From NCBI RefSeq assembly GCF_004010195.1, contig NC_057719.1, positions 64,045,196 through 64,109,195 of the forward strand: a DNA stretch of 64,000 bases, in the 5' to 3' direction. The notes beneath the pieces were generated by a model, which saw nothing but the letters and a program-made list of their open reading frames with translations, was not told the DNA's origin and made no database searches. The DNA comes from Chiloscyllium plagiosum (lineage: Eukaryota). Shown one piece after another: positions 11,870 to 24,000 of this stretch (position 1 is its first letter; every line of letters starts with the position of its first letter). The translations under genes and the position numbers were made by a program.

Positions 11870-12329
11870 TCCTGGAAGAAGCTAACCAGTTGTGTTCTGC
11901 AAGCTAATGGTAATGGGAACTCGCTCTTAAGTGCAATCTGAGGTCTAACAAAGGACTGTCAGGAATCTGTTGGACACAGTCAAGAGAAGATGTTGTGCAG
12001 GTTGAAATACACCGCTTGATTTTAACTAGAGTACTAAGGGAGGCAAGTAGAATAGAGGTCGTTTTTGGCAGGAGAGGGGGCCAGGCAGTGGATTGAAATC
12101 AGATGGCTGATAGGAAGGAGAACTAGGTCTCGGATTTGTGCGTGTGTCAGGTAAAGACATAGCGTGAGAAAGAATAATGGTTGGATTCGAAGACAAGGGT
12201 AAGAATTTTAAGATCACAGCAATGTCAAACCATGAACCAACATAAAAAGTGAGCTGAATAATGTGAGAAAGGGATTTGGTGACAGGATAGAGAAAACAAG
12301 GTTTAATGTGAAAATATAAACGCACAAAT

Positions 12330-15300
12330 TAGGAATAGGAACAGGCAGTTTTGATCCTTCAGGCCTGCTCTGCCATTTAGTAAGATCAGTGCTATAGCCA
12401 CTTTCCCATTTCCCATTGTTTCCTTTTAGGTTCTCAATGAGCACGAGAATCTATCTACCTTCATCTTAAAAATATTCAATGAGCCTGCCTCCACTGTTCT
12501 TTGGGGAACAGAGTACCAAAGACTCAAGATCATCTAAGAGAAAAAAATCCTCCTCTTCTCCAAACTAAATGAATTCTGATTTTTAAACTGTGTTGCCTAT
12601 TTTTCAGTCTCTCACACAATCCTTTCAACATTCACTCCGATACGTTCCCTCAGACTATTTCATTATTCATTAAGATTGACACTCTGTATATTCCAGCAGA
12701 TACAACCCCAATCTATCCAATATTTCCTTATAAAATAATCCTCCATTCCAGTTATCAGATGGATGAACCTACTCAAAACTGCTTCCAATATATTTGTTTT
12801 TTTTCGTAAACACTATCTGAGTTGCTCGAGATGTGTTCTAATCAATAGCCTATATAATTGTATCAAAACATCCCTACTTTTACTCCATTCCCCTTGCAAT
12901 AAATGACAATATTCCATTAGCCTTTGTAATCATTTGCCATATCTCTTGCCCAACGTGTTGTGATTCATGTACTTTGCAGGCCTCTAAATCACTGTCCATT
13001 TGAAACATATGATGTTTCTATAAACTTCCTTGCAAAGTAAACAAATTCACATTTTTTCTCATAGTTAGCACCATAGAGTCATGGAGTCCTACAGCAAAAA
13101 GACCGAGGTTGGCTAACATGGTGCTACTATTTAAGAAAGATGGTAAGGAAAAGACAGGGATCTATAAACCAGTGATCCTGACATTGGTGGTGGGCAAGTT
13201 GTTGGAGAGAATCCTGAGGGACAAGATTTACATATATTTGGATAGGCAAAGGCTGACTAGGGATAATCAACATGTCTTTGTGTGTGGGAAATCATGTCTC
13301 ACTAACTTGATTGAGTTTTTTGAAGAAGCAACAAAGAGGAATAATAGGGCAGAGTGGTGGATGTGATCAACATGGACTTCAGTAAGGCGTTCGATGAGGT
13401 TCCTCGTGGTAGACTAGTTAGCAAGGTTAGATCACATGGAATACAGGGAAAAGTAGCCATTTGTATTCAGAACTGGCTCAAAGGTCTCAGACAAAGTGTG
13501 GTAGTGGAGGGTTTCTTTTCAGACTGGAGGCCTGTAACCAGTGGTGTGCCACAAGGATCAGTGTGGGGTCCAAAGCTTTTTGTCATTTATGTAAATGATT
13601 TAGATGTGAACAAAGGAGGTAAGGTTAGTAAGTTTGCAGTTGACACTAAAATTGGAAGTGTAGCAGACAGCAAAGGAGGTTACCTCAGTGTACAATGGGA
13701 CCTTGATCAGATGGGCCAGTGGACTGAGAGGTGGCAGATAGCATTTAATTTAGGTAAAGGTGAGGTGCTGCATTTTGGAAAGGCAAATCACAGCAGGACT
13801 TATACACTTAATGGTAAGATCCTGGGAGTGTTGCTGAACAAAGAGACGTTGGAGTGCAGGTTCATAGTTCCTTGAAAGTAGAGTCGCAGGTAGGTAGGAT
13901 AGTGAAGAAGGGATTTGGTATGTTTTCCTTTATTGGTCAGAGCATTGAGTATAGGAGTTGGGAGGTCATGTTGTGACTGTACAGGATATTGGTTAGGCCA
14001 CTTTTAGAATATTGTTTGTAATTCTGGTCTTCCTCCTATAGGATGTTGTGAAACTTGAAAAGGTTCAGAAAAAATTGACAAGGAAGTGGTCAGGATTGGA
14101 GGATTTGAGCTATCGGGAGCGGCTGAAGTAGTGGAGTCTGTTTTCCCTGGGTGACCTTATAGAGGTTTATAAAATCACGAGAGGCATAGATAGGGCAAAA
14201 AGACAAGGTTGCTTCCCTGGGATGGGGGAAGTCCAGAACTAGATGGCATAGGTTTAGGTTCAGAGGGGAAAGATTTAAAAGGGATCTAAGGGGGAACTTT
14301 TTCACAGAGAGGGTGGTGCATGTTTGGAATGAGCTGCAATGGCAAATGGGACTAGATTAATTTTGGATTGATGGTCAACATAGATGAGTTGGACCGAAGG
14401 GTGTTTCCGTGTTGTACATCTCTATGATTCTATAACTCCAATAAATTTATGAAACACGATTTCTCTTTCACTTCATTGATTCTATTGAGATTTTCTAATT
14501 GAGCTGTGACAACCTCCTGAGTAATATATTCCTGCAGTTTCCTTAAGGCAGGTACTAAACTAACTAGACTATAGCTTCCTGCTTTCTAATTCCCTTCTTT
14601 CTTGAATAGAGGGGTCATACTGTCATTTTCCAATCTGGTGAGACATTTCCAGAATTGAGGGAATTTTGAAAAATTAAAACCACTGCATCTACTCTTGCAT
14701 CAATATCTTACTGTAAGATCCTCAGATAATGCCAGTTTGGATCCAGAAATTTATCAGCTTTTGGCTCTAATAACTTTTCCAGTACCCTTTTCCTGATGAT
14801 CAGAATAGTTTTACATTTCTCCTTCCCTTTCACCTAATGCACAATTATTTCTAGAATGTTATTTGTATCCTCTACAGTGAAAACCAACGCAAACTTAGTT
14901 TCCTTGTCTGTTTCCATGCTGTACATCTCCAGGACTCTAAATCCTGAAACCTATCCTCGCCTCACTTTAATCATTCCTTCTTTATTACCACTACAAACTC
15001 CTACTGTCTATTTTTATACTTTTTAGCTAACTTCCTCTAAAACACTAATTTCTCCTTTATTGCAAAGCTTTTATTCATTCTTTGCTGTTATAAATATATT
15101 GAGCAGTTTTATAACCTGCCTGACATCTTTAGACAGCTGATTTTTCTTTCATTATCTTTAACATCCTAGTTAGCCATAAACTAATCATCCTTCTTTTAGA
15201 ATATTTATTTTTCAGAGATGTATTTTGAAATGGTTCCTTCAATGTCTGCCACAGCATGTCTACTGTCCTTTAACCTAATTTCCCTGTTTACTTTAGGCAA

Positions 15301-15680
15301 CTGTTTTCATGCCCTAATGATTGAAACTTCAGTAAGAACAAACACTTGCCTTAGATTCACTCTGCTCTCCTTCAAGCTGAATGGGAAATTCAATAATATT
15401 ATGACCACAGCAACACCTTCACTATGAAATCATTAAGTAATCCTGACACATTGCACATTACCAGATTTAGTGTAACCTGCTGTCTGGTTGGCTCTAGAAT
15501 ACACTGCTGTAAGCAACTGTCCCCAAAACAGTCTATTGAATGTATCAACTCAGCTGGCTTATGGACCTATCAAATTGAAAATCTAAATGTAAAGTTACCC
15601 ATTACATCAGTACCTTTCTCACAATTCTCCATTATTTCATACAAATATGCCCCATCTCAGCATGACCACGAGGGGGCCTG
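12330..15680 (-). mobile_element. old degraded CR1 LINE, interrupted by a younger CR1 at 13073-14434
   Basis: Minus-strand remnants MTPLFKKEG (~14590-14618), VKEKSCFINLLE (14436-14471) and KCEFVYFARK (~13025-13054); CR1-type 3' tail near 12330-12420. Confidence 0.65.
13108..14434 (+). mobile_element. CR1 LINE, 5'-truncated RT-to-tail fragment
   Basis: ORFs 13109..13366 and 13354..13875 (DFSKAFD, GVPQGSV, KFAVDTK); tail ctctatgattctat. Confidence 0.93.
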
Positions 15681-17618
15681 TAGAACCACACTTGCCAATC
15701 ACAACTTTACTCAAATTAACTAAGCAGTGTGAATTTTACCAAATATTGGTTAAGTGGCACAGAGGATTACACTCAGTGAGCTCCATTAGTTGGCTTGTTC
15801 CATTCTATCATTTACATCAATATACATGCACGACAACGGTCACACTCTCCACTGGTGGGACTGCTAAATTTCAGACACTGGGGCAATACTGATGTGGTGA
15901 GACTGGTGTATGTTCAATGCCAACATGTGGACAGGGAGATGCAGGTGGTACCTACCCATGGAGGATGCCCTGAGCTCGGGGCACTGCTGGCCAATATGGA
16001 GGCTCACAGGAACAATCAGCAAGCTGAAGCTGCCAGATACACACACTTTCCTGTCAGGATTTGTCATTATATTTTCTCTCCACAATGTGGGAGCATAACA
16101 AACTGCATATAAATGAGCACAAAAAGTAATAATGAGATATAAATAGGCCTCTCACCGCACACTAATAAGAATCTGGTCTCCCTAATCAGCTCCTGGCTGC
16201 AAGATCAGACTTTTGTTTTGCTCAACATCAAGAATCTAATTTTTCTAATCTTGCCATATTTTTCCAACTGTTTTATCATTGTCCACATCATTCAGGGCAA
16301 GGTAAATTCAGCCCAACATCTTAATGTACAAAACTAAGGTCTTCTCTGTATTGCAAAAAGTCATCTTAATTAACAGACCTACAATTCCATCTTTTCCTAT
16401 CTTCCTACCCTTCATGTAATGTACCGTGAACTATTCAGTTCTTAGTCTTTGTTATAGTCTAGGTCTCAGATCATTACAAATTTGATAGTATTCAAATGTT
16501 ATGTGCATTCATGTAGAGTCTTTAGTTCTGTCTATTTACTATCTGTGACCTGTCGTATTGTTTCAAAAATGCAGTTGTTTTTTTAATTTCTCAAAGTAAA
16601 TACTTTAGTTTACATTTCACATCAGCCAGCAAATCACCATTATGTTCAAAGACTGTCTATAAACAAACCAAGTTCCAAATGTTGTATTTTGCTAAGACTA
16701 TTTCGCTTTTCACCTCAAGAAAGTTCAAATATATTAGGGTCTATTATCCAATGAAAACTCAGTCACAGTAAGAATACAGCACAAAGTACATTTACTTCAA
16801 CAAAATTAGTCAAAGCCATAGTTAAGCCTCAAGTCTCAACTGTGCAAGATTACATATCTACAGCAGCCAAAAAGGTGACAAGCAATCATTAACATCCAAA
16901 CAGGTTGTGCAGCTTTCCTTTTCCAAGCCTAAGATGGCAATCTATTGGATTGTCTTCAATTTTATAATAGTGCCAAGTGAACATTTTTGACCTCTGATCA
17001 CAGAAATAAACAAAAGTTATTATCATTACCGACTACTTTTATAGTTAGGTTTGGGGCAATTCTAAGACATCTGGAAGAAAACTAGTATTGGCCTCAGCAA
17101 AGGAAAAAATGGGCGCTATAACTATTTGATAACGAGCCAAAGATCAGGTAGATCTTCTGGTTCAGAAAATACTCTGGGAAATATGCAGATTAAGCAATAG
17201 ACAAGGAAAAATTGCCACATCTGGGCTACACAAGGCTTTGACTGTTTTCAGCAAACTATAAGCTGCAGAATATGATGTGGTTTGTCAAAATAAATATCAA
17301 GTTTATCCATATTCTTCTTTCCCAAACAACAGGCAAATTAATTCCGTTTTAGGAAGAAAGCACAGACTTAAATTGACAACAGGTTCATGGAATATTAAGT
17401 TTCACAAAAAATGTCACTGTATACAATACTGAATAGTATAATCATTTCACTTAATTTCATTCAATTGCAAGCGGCATAGCATCACAACTGTAGTTAACGT
17501 TTATCACTCAATAAATGGGAATTCAAACATTAGAAATTGGAGAAATGATTTTCCAAACAATTCAATCAACTTTGAAGATCCATCTAATATAGGCTCAAAA
17601 ATGTGCAATGGAATGTAT

Positions 17619-17624
17619 TTTATT
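17619..17624 (-). terminator. candidate ATP6V1D polyadenylation signal (AATAAA)
   Basis: TTTATT on the + strand ~280 nt past the stop codon; the UTR could extend further (unique-looking sequence continues to ~16.6 kb). Confidence 0.5.
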
Positions 17625-17899
17625 GGCTCTGAGCAATTCCTAACACAATTAATAATCTGGGTGATTTAATAACTCATGACCATACAGGCACTGACAGCAA
17701 AATGTGATCATGTCTTATTTAAATGTAGAAGTAAAAACCTGTGAACTTATATGAAACAACATTCACTTGACAATCACAACTGCGTGGGCTGGTCAAAAAC
17801 CGTGAGTTAAATACGACAAATATACATCACAAGTGTTAAGAGTCAAGCTTAAAATGCTTGCTACTTTTAATTGGAGGCAACCAAAGCCACTCAGTGATA

Positions 17900-18038
17900 T
17901 CAATCAAACAGCAGGTCCTCGTCCTTTTCTTCTTCAAGTAGGTTGGCTGGTGCATTAGTAGATTTTATTCTCTGACCTTGCTGTTCTTTCTCTCTCTTCT
18001 CCTTTAACTGCTTTTTCTTTTCCTGAATCTTTTTCAAT
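17900..18038 (-). CDS. ATP6V1D: ATP6V1D last coding exon (LKKIQEKKKQLKEK...PANLLEEEKDEDLLFD*)
   Basis: acceptor ttacag|; lies inside ORF 17900..18088; TGA stop. Confidence 0.97.
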
Positions 18039-21000
18039 CTGTAAATGTGAAGAAATTGTGAATTACTTAAACATACACCATTGTTCAATTTGCCAGATTA
18101 AGCAAGGATCAACAGTAATTTGTGACATATGCTAGATATTCTTGCAAAGAAAGAATCCTCCACAACAATCTGCCACTGAAAACTTGAGGTGGAATGAATC
18201 ACTGGACCGAAGAGAAAATACCACATTCTCATTCAATGTGTACCAAATGATCAGTGTTTCGATTTTCCCTTCAGTATTGATAACAGTCAAAGTGAACAGC
18301 TTTGAACACTCACTGCATTTATAGAACAATACATGCGAGCATATGTATTGTGGAGAACTGTATTCAAAAGGCTATAATTGACAGTAAAATAAATTTTAAT
18401 GTTTAAAAAAAAAGAGTTGACAAGACAGTTCTTAAATACATTTTTTAAAAAAGCTCCGAACACTTACCTATAAAATTCTTCTCTTTCTCGCTCATCCAAC
18501 TCAGTTATGATATAAGATAATGTGCGCTCAATCCGAGGAATTATCACTTAAGTAAAATGGGAGAATAGTTAGCGGTTGCTGAGCAGGTAACTTTATAATA
18601 AATAAAATCATAGTGACTGCATCATGACCAATCCATTCTAATCCTGAATTTGTAAATTTACCCTGAAATTCTGTGGACTGCAACTTTCTCTACTTTTCTC
18701 CCCATTGTAAAAGTAAAAGTTGTTCATAAAAGCAATATATGTTTTCCACATCCAAAAGTTAAATGAAAGTTGCAATTTTGTTTTATTATGGACGGAAATG
18801 CTTGAGTAGTTAGCCATGAACAATGTATACTGAATAATAGCTCAGTCCATTGGTCAAGTATTTCCTTAGGTGAAACGCAAATGTCTGTTTATGATCTCTC
18901 AATGTAGGTGCTCGATTCTTTAACGAGCAGTAAATAATCACTCCAGTCTTGTGCAAAAGAATCTAAGACAGATGGCAAAATTGAATATTACCCTCATATA
19001 CCTTATATTTTGTGGAGAGAATTAATTGATTTCCTCAGTCTTGCCTCTCTCGTCCCATATTTAGTATCATAACTGCTCCCTATTTATTTGGATATTCTCT
19101 AATCAGTCTGATCAGAGGTGTTATTACACAGCTCTCAAACAGGTGGGACTTGAACCCAGACCAGCTGGCTCAAGGACACTACCACTTCACTTGAACAGCT
19201 CAGATTTATACATGTTCAGATTATTAATAATCACTAGCTGGTTGTCTTAAATAAAAATATTATTAATGCGATTAAACAGACAGGAACATCTCCCTCAACA
19301 ACAGAAGATGCTGGAAAACCAGTTCTGAGCACGTGTCACTGGACTCAAAATGTTAACTCTGATTTCTCTTCACAGATGCTGCCAGACCTGCTGAGCTTTT
19401 CCAGCAACTTTTTTTTTCTGACTTAATAGTATCAGCAGTTTTTATTAACATCTCTTTTCTGAGCATCTTAACTTCCACCCATTTTGTGTTACACTAAGAC
19501 TAGACTTTTACATATTTTATTATGTTAAAGATGGCATGTAAACAAACTGGTGTGCACAGGTAACTGCATACTTAAAGTACACTTCAAGCTATTTGAAAAT
19601 CTTGTATTTACTTCCCCAACCTAATTCTAAGGGTCTGATTTTATCGCACAATTTAGCATACATAATACTATCTACCTTCTACTTTGCATCATTAAAAAAA
19701 AAATGTACAAAGTAGAGGTTCAAGACCAAATTGGTGATTTGATTCTACGAGAAACAGCCATTTCTAAACCACACTTTGCCCACAGTCCTATGGAAATCGG
19801 TTTCTGTATTGATATAATGAGACTCAAGTGTAATACATAATTTTGATCAGATTAGTTTTTCTAGTTGGTAAATCAATAATTAACTGTCACCAGTTAAAAA
19901 AATTCTCAGAATGGAAAACAAGATCAGAATAAAATTCATTAAGAGAATTGCTGAAAGATGTGATGATTCACCAGAAGTGATCCAAGAGGAGAAGACTGCA
20001 ACTTCTACCAGAAAAATGGATAAACATTTGAAGCTAATGAAGCAATAAGAACATGAAAAAGTAGGTGGTTATTGGTATTAGTCTTACCTTCAGGAAAGGG
20101 TAAGAATTTGCCAGGGAAATGCTTTCAATGATTCATTGACGAATATACAAAATAGCTCTTTGAACGGAGGTAGAAAGTGGGTGTGGAAATCAGATGTTTT
20201 TAACAATTTTGCAGGTAACCAGTGTGTATACACAAACACTACAGATCCAGAATACTTGTTACCTATTAGAGTCACTGGCCCTTCAGCCCGCCACGTCTAT
20301 GCTGACCAGACACCAAATGATACTAATCCCATTTAACTTTGTCCATTGTCTACTATGCTTTGGCATTCAGTGCTTTCCCAGATGCTTCTTGCATGTTGTG
20401 AAAGTACCTGCCTCCATCACCCTCTCTGGCATGTTCTATATTTCTACCATCCTCTGGGTGAAAATTAGTTTCCTCAGATCCCCTCTAAACCACTTACAGC
20501 TCACTTTAAAACTTATGTCCTCTTGTCTTAGACACATTGGCCATAGGAAAAAGATTCTCACACTCTCTACGCCTCTCGATTTTATACATTTTAATCAGAT
20601 CTCCTCTCAGCCTCCTCTGCTCCATGAAAAACAACTCCAGCTCTATCTATCCAGTCTATCCTCATAACTCAGGCATACCATCCTAGGCAATAGCTTGGTG
20701 AATTCCACTGTACCCTGTCTAGTGCAATCATGTCTTTCCAATAGAATGGTCCATCTGTGACCAAGAATAAAGTTGCATTAAGATTTCCCCGCACCTGCAT
20801 CCTGGCTAATGAAGACAAGCATCCAATGTGTCTTCTTCACCACACAATCTACCTGTGCAGACACCTTCGGGGTCCATGGACTAATATGCCAAGTGTCTTG
20901 CTTTTCAGTACTCTATAGGAACCTAACATTCATGGGGTATATCCTTCCTTAATTAGACCTCCCAAAATGCATCACCTCACACTCTGACTCAGAGTGATGT

Positions 21001-24000
21001 ACAACATGGAAACAGACCATTCAGTCCAACTTTTCCATGCTGACCAAATATCCGAACCAATCTACTCCCACTTGTCAGCACTTGGCTCATATCCCTCTAA
21101 ATCATTCCTATTCTTTTACCCTCCAGATGCCTTTTAAATTCTACTAGCCTCCACCACTTCCTCTGGCAGTTCATTCCATACATGTACCACCCTCTGCATG
21201 AAAAAGTTGCCATTTAGTTCCCTAAACCTATGCCCTCTGGTTCTGGACTCCCCATCTCAGGGAAAAGACCTTGTTTGTTTACCCTACCCATGCCCCTCAT
21301 GATTTTATAAACCTCTATAAGATCACCCCTCAGCCTCCAACGCTCCAGCCTATTCTACCTCTACGTATAGCTCAAATCCTCCAACTACTGGCGACATCCT
21401 TGTAACCTTTTCCTGAAACCTTTCAAGATTCACAACACCCTTATCAGAATGAAATGCCATCTGCCAGTGCTCTGCATTAGTCAGGGGTTAAATGTAGGGG
21501 AATGGGTCAGGGTGGGTTACTCTTCGGAGGGTCGGTGTGGACTTGTTGGGCTGAAGGGCCTGTTTCCACACTGGAGGGATTATATGAAGATGGGTTTTCC
21601 TTAATCCTACCTGCCAAAGATCGGATTCTTTCACCTCCAAATTTATTTTTTTAAATACCCTCTACGCTCTCATCACTCCTATTTTTAATGCTTCATTCTT
21701 TGCTTTTGTCAAGCTCACATCCAACATCAAGGAATCCCTGGACTCGCTGCACTTCACTCAAAAGAAACACACTCTCATATGCTGTTTATGAAAGATTCCC
21801 GCATTCCAAATGCAGACTTACCAGTAATTAGCTGTCGCTGTGCGCTTGCCACATCCTGCCTAATGATATCGAAATTGGTCTTGTCACACTAAAGTGATCC
21901 CAGTTAAAGGCAGCAAATCCCCTACTAGTATAACCTTAATCCTCGCTCACTCCACTGGTTTGCAAATGTCTGCTCCTCTACCTTCCTCAAACTGTTGGGG
22001 TGGGTATAATCCCGGCAAAGTGATCAACTTTTATTTTATTTCTAAGCTCCAATGTTGGAACTCCGAATTCCTTAGTAAATTACTGCATCTAGTTTCCATC
22101 AACACTTTTCCGAAGCTTCTCCACAAATTCACCAAAAAAGAACACCAAGATCAAATATTCAGAGCTTCTCCCCTGCCTTCCGCTCTGCTTCACAATCATG
22201 TGCAATACCTATACACATAGGTGAGGTATTGGAAAGTTGTCTAACTATCTAAGGTTAATGATGGACAACATCAGCCAGCAATTTGACCTGGGATATCAGA
22301 GTTAAGTCTAACGCTATTCACAGAAGTGAAGCTTCCAAAAGCCCACTGGACATTTGGGAGCTCAATAGTACTTTATAAACAGCCATGAAAGTTTGGAGGG
22401 TGAAATTACATAATCTGTGGCTGGTGGATTTCAAGCTAGGCAAGCAAGAGGTCACATCCTAGTGAGCAGATCTTGCGCCGATGGAGTAACTGCAACATAG
22501 ATTTACCAGAATGATACCAGGACTCCGAGGATTAAATTACATGAAAGAGTAACACAAACAGTGTTACATCCTTTTGAATATAACAAGTCAAAAAGTGATT
22601 TGATTGAAGTTATAGATACTAAGGGGAACTGAGAAACAGCTTCTGTTCAATGGGGGTGTCTGGGGATGAGGTAGTGGAGGCTAAACATTAAAGCCAGACC
22701 TTCTAAGAATCAAGATGAAAACATTTCTATATAAAAACGGTTGAAGGGATTTAGAGCTCCCTTATTTTAAATGTGATTTTTGTTTAAATAATTTTTTTAA
22801 ATTTTTGTTAAAAAGAGAAAGGTCATTGGGTTTCAGATCAGCCAGGATCTCAATAAATAGTGGTAGAACTGCTTGAGGGGCTAAATGGCCTCCTCCCTTT
22901 CTGATGTTCCACTACACTTAAAATACAAAGCAGTAGCAAAAGTACATAACTTACCATGTTCAATCGCATTTACACGTCTATTGGTAATTTTAATAGCTTC
23001 ATCCAGTGTCACAAAAGAGGTCTGAAATTATCCAAGGTTTCATGTAATAGTTATTGAAAATTTCTCAATATTTTTCCATTCACTTGTTTTAAAAATACCT
23101 TCATGTCAGGGTCATAACAGCCACATTTTTCATCATAGATTATGGCATTTTTCTGAAGCTTTCCAAGATAGTTAATGATGTGCATTTCTGATTATTTAAT
23201 AATTTATATTATTGTTAAATAGCATAAAATCTATTTTCTCCGACAGAATCACAGCACAATCAATCATTTTTCTCTATCGCTTACCTGCAGTGATGCCAGT
23301 TCAACCAGAAGCTCCACTGCTTTTGCATAATTTCTCTTAAGTTTAGCCAGTTGTTCTCCTCCTCTGGCCAGGCCAGTCAACTCATAACCTAATAAACAGC
23401 AAGTTAAAATAAAAACCTCAGAGGATCACATCAGATTAGTTACTTGAAGCACTGTACCAGCTTTTTAATGGTTAATTAGTGCACCTCTTGTAATATTCAC
23501 ATAAAATCAGAGGAATGTTTTATAACATTTAAAGCTTGTAGTGTGCCAAATAAAATATAGTTTCCTTGACATTAATCAGGAAGGCAAGATTTTGATTTTC
23601 TTTACTAACCCTTCTTTCCCAACATTGTTTTTCCTCTTTCCATTTACAGTGGTTTTGTAACTTGCTTTCAATGTTTCTAATAGTTATGCTTTCCACAAGT
23701 CTGTCCCTCCCTTTGTCTGTTTTTCCTGCAAATTCTCCAATTTTGTTAGCCTTTGTATATATTTTCCTGATCCTACTGATTTTCACATCTAAGCTTTGCT
23801 AAACTCCTACAGGATACAAAATACATAACGTCAATATGTACCACATCAAAGATGGATCAGGTTATTCAGAAACTAGCACAACATACATAAAAGAAAGAAA
23901 TTAATGAGGTAGTGAGTAAAGAAATTGTTACAAGTGATGGAGTGGAGTAGCAATCAGAGCTGTAACAATTACATTCTCAACACATCAAGGACGGAAGAGA

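Noticed and set aside
15700..16130. GC-richer segment with several overlapping short ORFs
   Set aside because: No recognisable protein motif, termini or TSD; probably another decayed repeat.
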